Shown: piece after piece, positions 26,525 through 32,000 of the stretch
Numbering within the stretch: position 1 is the first letter of the stretch
Layout: each line of letters begins with the position of its first letter
NCBI GenBank assembly: GCA_000743035.1
Contig: CP008939.1
Span: forward strand, 90,001 to 122,000
DNA from: Candidatus Paracaedimonas acanthamoebae
GTDB taxonomy: Bacteria > Pseudomonadota > Alphaproteobacteria > Caedimonadales > Caedimonadaceae
Reading direction: 5' to 3'
DNA: 32,000 nt
The notes under the pieces: model-generated
The model's input: only the letters and a program-made list of their open reading frames with translations
The model's database searches: none
What the model was told of the DNA's origin: nothing
Position numbers and translations under genes: made by a program

Positions 26525-26778
26525 GTAACGACCCTGAAGAGCAAGAAAAAGCAGTCAAATATGCTGACATCCTTGCTAATTCTGTGATGCTGCAGAACAC
26601 TATAGATATCTCCAATGTTGTTATACAGCTTGTTAAGGAAGGATCTTTCATTGCTCGAGAAGATCTAAAATATATTAGCCCCCTCCTTACTGAGCATATC
26701 AAACGCTTTGGAGATTATGTTGTTGACCTAAGCATTAAACCTCAGGATGCGAACAAATCTTTAAAGCTACCTCTATAG
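26525..26778 (+). pseudogene. C-terminal fragment of about 85 codons from a Tn3-family TnpA transposase
   Basis: NDPEEQEKAVKYADILANSVMLQNTIDISNVVIQLVKEGSFIAREDLKYISPLLTEHIKRFGDYVVDL matches the conserved TnpA C-terminus (EEQ...L-x-N-x-x-x-x-x-N-T...EG...EDL...SP...HI...G-x-Y). Confidence 0.7.
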
Positions 26779-26787
26779 AATCCAACC

Positions 26788-27183
26788 ATGTCCTATTTTA
26801 TCACGTATACCGGCTTGGGGCGTTATTGGCATGACATTAACCGTAAAAATCATATGCAGGTAGCAATACTTTCTTGCCTCATCAAAGCAAGCATAAACAA
26901 ATTAGAAGTCTTCTCTAATGGAGCTGAAATAAGCGAAGGATTACCTGAACAAGAGATAGTTAAGACTGAGGCATATAAGTCAAGAAAAGGTAAAGAAAAA
27001 GAGGAAGAAAATAGAGCTAACCAACAAATTGGAGAAAGTAAAGAACTTAAAATGAGAGCAAAATCTCTTGAAAAGGCCTCTCTCGAAAAGGTACAATTGA
27101 GGTTGAACAGAGGAATTATAAGTAAAGACTTTCCAAGTTTAAACAGTATAGAAGTTTTAATATCCAGTTTAAGAGATGAATAA
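26788..27183 (+). CDS. Hypothetical Lys/Glu-rich protein (weak call)
   Basis: 131-codon ORF in the same direction as the LRR gene that follows. Its composition resembles neighbouring genes. The overlapping minus-strand ORF 26850-27284 has the Leu/Ser/Phe-rich look of an antisense shadow. Confidence 0.3.
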   Translation: MSYFITYTGLGRYWHDINRKNHMQVAILSCLIKASINKLEVFSNGAEISEGLPEQEIVKTEAYKSRKGKEKEEENRANQQIGESKELKMRAKSLEKASLEKVQLRLNRGIISKDFPSLNSIEVLISSLRDE

Positions 27184-27204
27184 TTAGTAGAAAGGTAGAA
27201 AAAA

Positions 27205-27807
27205 ATGAGGTTATCAATATTATCGTACTTAGGGGCATTCTTTATAGTAAGTCTTATAGGTAATGCTTTTGCATCTTCTAGCAATATGCTTAGTTATGAT
27301 GATGCCTGGAATGTAAGTAGATTTAACGGCAAGAATCTTCAAGATATTGTTGAACTTTATCCTATGCCTGGCACTGTTCTTAGTAAAGATCAAAAACAGT
27401 GCCTTTTAGAATCAAAAACGCTCTATAACTTAAAAACACTTGATCTTAGCAATCAAGAAATTGATGATAAATTTATTGAAGCTCTGTGTAATCAGCCAAC
27501 ATTTTCTAGAATTATAAATTTAGATCTATCTGGTAATCCTGATATTACTGACTTATCATTAAAATATCTATTAGAAAGTAATACGCTTGGTAGTGTAAGG
27601 GATCTCCCACAAATCAGTGGGACTTATGGCTCTCCTTCTTCTGAAATTTATATCACTACTAGAGATACAGCTATTAGCCCAGAAGCTATTCAACATTACC
27701 ATAGCAACCCAAGATTTGATTTTGTGATAAACTACCTTCATCCTATAACTCATACATTCACAGCTCCAAGCGCAAAAAGTTCAATAAAATGGTTGCGTTT
27801 CAGCTAA
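27205..27807 (+). CDS. Secreted leucine-rich-repeat (RI/F-box-LRR-like) protein
   Basis: Signal peptide MRLSILSYLGAFFIVSLIGNAFA. LRR units LKTLDLSNQEIDDKFIEALCNQPTFSRIINLDLSGNPDITDLSLKYLLESNTLGSVRDL. Confidence 0.75.
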   Translation: MRLSILSYLGAFFIVSLIGNAFASSSNMLSYDDAWNVSRFNGKNLQDIVELYPMPGTVLSKDQKQCLLESKTLYNLKTLDLSNQEIDDKFIEALCNQPTFSRIINLDLSGNPDITDLSLKYLLESNTLGSVRDLPQISGTYGSPSSEIYITTRDTAISPEAIQHYHSNPRFDFVINYLHPITHTFTAPSAKSSIKWLRFS

Positions 27808-28231
27808 GTTATCCTTATTTCAAATATGATTTCTTAAAGGCTATAAGATGCACTTAGTTTGAAAAAGTTGGTTTGTCGCTTAATTAAAAGAATTAAGATC
27901 TCTTTATCACTCTTTTACCCCTCACTCTCAGACCATAGATTGGCAAGCAATGAAGGGCAAATCTTTTGAGGTTGCAAAAGAGTGCTTAAGAAAAGAATTT
28001 TATGATGAGTATATGCTGCATTTTACAGCCAAAGGCGCTAAAGCTTTACTCTATAGCACAGGCTATCTTGATGAAGAAAGAGCTACTGCACGCCATTAAA
28101 TATATAAATAGGGAAGGTATAACGGTTAAGAGAAAAAAGAAAAGCAGGGATGGTACCTTCTTGCTTAAAGAAAGAACAAATTAAATGGAGAGAAGTGGGT
28201 CGCTTTTAAATCGTTGTTGATTTCATGATTA

Positions 28232-28340
28232 TGATACTGTGTTAAGGATCAAGGATTATGTTTAGAATTTGAGGGTTAAAAGTTGTTTTATGTTTAAGGA
28301 CTCCAAAGCATATGTGAAAAAGCTTTCTCATATTTGGCCT
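28232..28340 (-). mobile_element. IS110-family 3'-terminal fragment, copy C (most diverged)
   Basis: TGATACTGTGTTAAGGATCAAGGATTATGTTTAGAATTTGAGGGTTAAAAGTTGTTTTATGTTTAAGGACTCCAAAGCATATGTGAAAAAGCTTTCTCAT aligns with 26281-26390 with scattered mismatches. Confidence 0.6.
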
Positions 28341-28361
28341 TCAAGTCGACTCCCTTACCTC

Positions 28362-28386
28362 AAAGTTGCAACAGGATTATCAGAAC
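28362..28386 (+). repeat. Possible solo IS6-type terminal inverted repeat
   Basis: AAAGTTGCAACAGGATTATCAGAACC shares TTGCAACAGG with the right IR of the intact IS6 (TTTTTGCAACAGGGCC). Its reverse complement starts GGTTCTGATAATCCTGTTGCAAC, reminiscent of IS257-type IRs. Confidence 0.3.
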
Positions 28387-28509
28387 CGTATGACTTTTTC
28401 TTATGAAAGTTTAATATAATATTTCTTGCTTTTTAAGGATGGCTTAGTGTAAATATAAATAGCCATATTGGCAATGTTGTAAAAATACACTTTATTGGAG
28501 TTTCTCATC

Positions 28510-29757
28510 ATGGTCTCTCTCAACCTTCCTAAAAATGCTCTTCTGATGACATTAAGCCTTTTTTCCTTTACGGCTTCCCAAGCAAGCTACCAAGATTTAT
28601 TCCAAGAAGCAGAGAGTGAGCATGCTCAGTTCAGCACGAGAGCAAGTTCTATTGATTATGAATGGGATACCGCAAAGATTATTATGACAGTAGGAGCTGC
28701 AGGAGTAATCACTTTTGGCATAGGCCCCCGCGTTGCAGATATTACCAACTATCTTGTCCCTAATTTAATTCCATCTTTAAAATGGGCTTATGAACGTTCT
28801 GAAATTGCTCCTCTGAGCAAACTTGCTTATGCTAAAACACAACGGTTAAGAGATAAGCTTCCTGAAGTTCCTCCTCTTTTTGCTCCAACCAGTAGCTTGA
28901 GTATGCCTCTTTCTGAAGTTGTCCCTTCAGATTTAAATAAGTTTCACATGCATGTGCTTGAGAACCTGGATTATCTTCTCACGAGAGGTATGAAAGACGA
29001 TACGACTACAAAGTGGGTTAAAAAGCCTCTTTATGGAAAGTTTAAAAGCGCTCAAAAATCATTCATCGATTACATCAATTTCTGTTGTCATAATGAAGAT
29101 TATTTATTTGGCTATCATTATGAAAATTCTCGTTATGTTGTCGAGATTGAAAAGTTTTTTAATAAAGCTGGCCACAATTATAAACCTAAGAATATTGACT
29201 GTAAGAAAGAATTTTATCGCCTTCATCGCTCTTTTAAAGAAGAAGGCCAAAGTGAAACTCCTCAGTATTATGGCGGGGCTCATGAACACATCCATGTTAA
29301 TGGAGCTTTCAGCAAAGACATCCAGGACCTTGAAGATATAAGCTTTTTCATCCACACTTTTGTCAAAAGCAACAATTTTTCTCGGAAAGCTTTTAAAGCC
29401 TTTTTTGAAGAGTTGTTAAATGCTTGGGATGCAAGTCAACCCATGCCAACACCTCATGGCACAACCTCTAGTTCTTCAAGTTCGGCTCATCAAATACAAA
29501 TAGATCTCAGGGATGAAGCCTCCTCCACTATACTTGCTTACCTTGATAATGAAAGAAAGCATCTGTATTTTCTTTTTCCTACCAAGGCTTCTGAAAATCA
29601 TAATATCTTGCTCCACTTTAAAGATAAAGTAAGCCATCCTTATACCTTCCTTTATGACAAGGGATTGGAAGAAAGCTCTCCAAGTGAAGAAGAACCTAAA
29701 CTTGAGAGACAGAAGAAAAATAAAAAAGGGAAGAAAAAAAATCTTAAGGGTGTATAG
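28510..29757 (+). CDS. Secreted hypothetical protein with a Ser-rich linker and polybasic C-terminal tail
   Basis: ATG at 28510 gives MVSLNLPKNALLMTLSLFSFTASQA (signal peptide); the track start at 28495 is TTG. Tail KLERQKKNKKGKKKNLKGV. No family recognised. Confidence 0.7.
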   Translation: MVSLNLPKNALLMTLSLFSFTASQASYQDLFQEAESEHAQFSTRASSIDYEWDTAKIIMTVGAAGVITFGIGPRVADITNYLVPNLIPSLKWAYERSEIAPLSKLAYAKTQRLRDKLPEVPPLFAPTSSLSMPLSEVVPSDLNKFHMHVLENLDYLLTRGMKDDTTTKWVKKPLYGKFKSAQKSFIDYINFCCHNEDYLFGYHYENSRYVVEIEKFFNKAGHNYKPKNIDCKKEFYRLHRSFKEEGQSETPQYYGGAHEHIHVNGAFSKDIQDLEDISFFIHTFVKSNNFSRKAFKAFFEELLNAWDASQPMPTPHGTTSSSSSSAHQIQIDLRDEASSTILAYLDNERKHLYFLFPTKASENHNILLHFKDKVSHPYTFLYDKGLEESSPSEEEPKLERQKKNKKGKKKNLKGV

Positions 29758-29794
29758 TATATTATAAATACTAACTTATTAGCTAAAAGAGGAT

Positions 29795-30523
29795 ATGAAA
29801 ATGAATAAAGGTTGGATAACTTACTTATTTATAGGGTTGATATTTTCTTGTTTCCCATTACATGCAAGCTTCAATAAAAGTGGCTACCAACCTTTAAGAA
29901 ATGAAGAAGAACCAGATATCAAGCCTAAAGCAAAGAAGGTTACAACTTTAAATGAAGAAAAAAGCCTAACAGAAGAAGTTAAACCCACTATTCCTCCTGC
30001 TTATGAACAGTATCTTTTATACTGTAGGGAGAAGCACATGAATGGGGATATTGAGGACCTTAAAGGGAAGCTTGCTGCAATATATATAAACTTTCCTAAT
30101 GAAAGCAAATTTACAAGTTATCTCACTTCTTATTATTCTTATCCTCATCCTTTAAGTCAAGAGCTTTACCATGCTATTGAGCAAGATTTTGCGTCCCCTA
30201 TTCGATTATTTAAAGCAGTTTCTAAGCTTGATTCTAATAAGAAAAAAGCCCTCAGCAAAAAGCTTGAACGCCGCTATTTACAAGCAGAAAAAAGCATTCA
30301 AAAAACGATGCTTTCTCTTTCTGAGGACTCAACAGATGAGATAAATCTTCAAGCTTATAAGCTTGGGAAGCTTTATTATTCTTATGCGTTGTCCCTGGAT
30401 AGCTCCTCAGAGAAGAGAAATCTTTATCTTAAAAAAGCAAGAAACCAATTTAATCAAGCTCAAGACATTAAAAACGATAAAATTGAAAAGCATCATGAAA
30501 CCATAAGTCATCTTCTTGAATAA
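29795..30523 (+). CDS. Secreted hypothetical helical protein
   Basis: Signal peptide MKMNKGWITYLFIGLIFSCFPLHA; AAGAGGA RBS; 242 codons. The C-terminal part (AYKLGKLYYSYALSLDSSSEKRNLYLKKARNQFNQA) looks TPR/Sel1-like but is weak. Confidence 0.7.
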   Translation: MKMNKGWITYLFIGLIFSCFPLHASFNKSGYQPLRNEEEPDIKPKAKKVTTLNEEKSLTEEVKPTIPPAYEQYLLYCREKHMNGDIEDLKGKLAAIYINFPNESKFTSYLTSYYSYPHPLSQELYHAIEQDFASPIRLFKAVSKLDSNKKKALSKKLERRYLQAEKSIQKTMLSLSEDSTDEINLQAYKLGKLYYSYALSLDSSSEKRNLYLKKARNQFNQAQDIKNDKIEKHHETISHLLE

Positions 30524-30617
30524 AAGAAAACAAGCCTTTAATGCTTAGCTTCCTAAAAAGACGCTAAAGTTTTTTATTTCCTGATCTCTTATCCTATAAT
30601 TAAATGAGAAATTCATC

Positions 30618-32000
30618 ATGTTTCTTTCAAGAATCCTTCATTATATTGTCCTCTTTTTATTGTTCATACAGGTTAGCTTTAACACAACGGCAAGTTCCCT
30701 GGATGATCCAGAGATTGACCTCAACAACCAGAAGTCTACCCCCAAGCTTTTATTTCTTGAGGGCAAAGATATCCTGGAAAATATTAAAGAAGAATCCCAA
30801 GCATCTGTATGTCATATTGTTGAGCTCTTGCCTCTTGAAGTATGCTACTTGATTTTAAGCTTTATCGATACAGCTCCCACCCTTCTGGCCATACAGCAAG
30901 CCGATAAAAAATTCTCATGCCTTGTGGGAGCTTATGTACATAATCGTGAACAAAGCTTAAACCTTATGGACCGTAAAAATAAACCAAAGTATTGGTACGG
31001 ATCCCCAGAAGATCGGTGGCTGATTAAAGCAAGCTTTAACCTCCTTAAAAGAGATGATGCCTTTAGTACGTGGGAAGAAACAGAAGAAGTAATCCATTAC
31101 TTTAAAAGACTTGAAGCTGCTAAAAGACCACAAATTAAAGAGGTTTGTGCCTTAAATTCTAAAGAAAGGCTTAGTCAAGATATCATTTACAATAATGCTT
31201 TATTGTTTATACACACCCAGTTAGAAGAAAATAATCCAACAGATATCATAGAAGGCCTAGATGAGGATCCAAGCTTTCTCAATAATCTCCCAGATTTACA
31301 ACCTGATAAGTCACACCAAGAAGCAGCCTTTTTATCTTTGATGCTTCAGTACCAAGTTTTACGCTTAAACTATTATTATAGCCGCCTTTCTGAACTATTA
31401 GGATACATGGAAGATGCAAGCTTAAAAGCAATTGATATTAAAGACGTCATTGATGAAGCTCAAAATAACCCTTATGTGCTTTATTTTGCTTATAAGCACA
31501 CACTCTTACCCCGTATTAATAAGGAAGAGTTGTTGAAAAGAGCAGCACAATCTTCCCTTAATATTATAAGCCTTAAAGCTCATTATCATTTGGGCAAGCT
31601 TTATGATACAGGAGATCAAAAGATAAAGAAGAATGTTGATGCCGCTCTTGATGGGTATCAAAAGGTAATCGAGCAGGCTGAAAGCTTTTCAAGCATGCAT
31701 GGAAAGTGCCGGGTATTTGAAAGCACTCGGCAAGGAACTGTTGCCCGCCGGATGTATGCTAAAGCCCATCACAGACTGGGAATGTTAGACCTTACAGGAA
31801 GAACTTTAAAAGGCGTTGACTTTGAAAATGCTCTTGATCATTTTTTAGAAGCTTCTTTTTATGGGCATGCTAAAGCTCAAGCCTTCCTTGGCCTTTTACA
31901 TTATTTAGAAGTTCCTGAGGTAACTTTTGGGGCACTTACCTACTATCATACTCAAGTATCCAATCATATTTATCATCCTCATTTAGAAAACTTGAATCGG
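30618..32000 (+). CDS. Secreted F-box-like plus Sel1/TPR-repeat protein; 3' end lies beyond the window
   Basis: The frame is open from ATG 30618 to base 32000 (461 codons, no stop, so absent from the ORF track). Hydrophobic N-terminus MFLSRILHYIVLFLLFIQVSF. F-box-like VELLPLEVCYLILSFIDTAPTLLAIQQADKKF. Sel1-like units AHYHLGKLYDTGD...AALDGYQKVIEQA and AKAHHRLGMLDLTGR...ALDHFLEASFYGHAKAQAFLGLLHY. Confidence 0.8.
   Translation, partial: MFLSRILHYIVLFLLFIQVSFNTTASSLDDPEIDLNNQKSTPKLLFLEGKDILENIKEESQASVCHIVELLPLEVCYLILSFIDTAPTLLAIQQADKKFSCLVGAYVHNREQSLNLMDRKNKPKYWYGSPEDRWLIKASFNLLKRDDAFSTWEETEEVIHYFKRLEAAKRPQIKEVCALNSKERLSQDIIYNNALLFIHTQLEENNPTDIIEGLDEDPSFLNNLPDLQPDKSHQEAAFLSLMLQYQVLRLNYYYSRLSELLGYMEDASLKAIDIKDVIDEAQNNPYVLYFAYKHTLLPRINKEELLKRAAQSSLNIISLKAHYHLGKLYDTGDQKIKKNVDAALDGYQKVIEQAESFSSMHGKCRVFESTRQGTVARRMYAKAHHRLGMLDLTGRTLKGVDFENALDHFLEASFYGHAKAQAFLGLLHYLEVPEVTFGALTYYHTQVSNHIYHPHLENLNR

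Noticed and set aside
26850-27284. 144-codon minus-strand ORF overlapping 26788-27183 and the start of the LRR gene
   Set aside because: Its Leu/Ser/Phe/Ile-rich composition is typical of the antisense of a Lys/Glu-rich gene. It also overlaps the signal peptide of the LRR gene. The plus-strand alternative was kept at low confidence.
27900-28200. Open frame reading ...IDWQAMKGKSFEVAKECLRKEFYDEYMLHFTAKGAKALLYSTGYLDEERATARH-stop, plus the track ORF 28002-28184
   Set aside because: I could not recognise a start codon context or a family motif. It is probably another gene remnant between IS fragments, but nothing supports a specific call.
29281-29295. HEHIH (an HExxH zinc-metalloprotease-like pentapeptide) in the 415-aa secreted protein
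   Set aside because: The motif is very short and is preceded by Gly-Gly, a poor helix context. Its internal residues are His/Ile rather than the usual uncharged pair. I could not identify a third zinc ligand motif. It is most likely fortuitous.
30604-30852. 82-codon ORF from the track at the start of the last gene
   Set aside because: It is out of frame with, and fully overlapped by, the much longer open frame starting at ATG 30618. That frame carries F-box-like and Sel1 motifs and remains open to the window end.

Overview
This is an AT-rich, highly mosaic accessory region. It looks like a decaying plasmid/ICE-derived island next to a block of secreted proteins with eukaryote-like domains. 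From domain content alone, the host is probably an intracellular, amoeba-associated bacterium (Chlamydiae-like or Amoebophilus-like); this is inference only.

Intact genes:
- a PD-(D/E)xK-like protein, possibly TIGR04141/DUF6119
- a protein of seven tandem zinc ribbons
- a umuDC pair in which UmuD has lost both catalytic residues
- a Phd antitoxin
- three secreted proteins, including an S1B-type serine protease
- a RecD2 helicase
- a ProQ/FinO-domain protein
- a hipBA toxin-antitoxin module
- LRR and F-box/Sel1 proteins

Mobile DNA dominates the window. An intact IS3-family element splits a parE toxin gene. A second IS3-family element carries nested intact IS21-family and IS110-family insertions. 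There is an intact IS6-family element and a partial IS110-family element at the window start. Many fragments are also present: three copies of one IS110-type 3' end, IS6, Tn3 tnpA, a resolvase, an Rpn-like tail and a solo IS3 orfA.

The most interesting signal is the 230-nt non-coding arm of the nested IS110 element. It has bridge-RNA-like features, and two of its segments are identical to the element's own insertion junctions, which lie inside the frameshift A-run of the host IS3.

I found no rRNA, tRNA or CRISPR array. All family calls come from reading motifs by eye and need HMM or structure searches.
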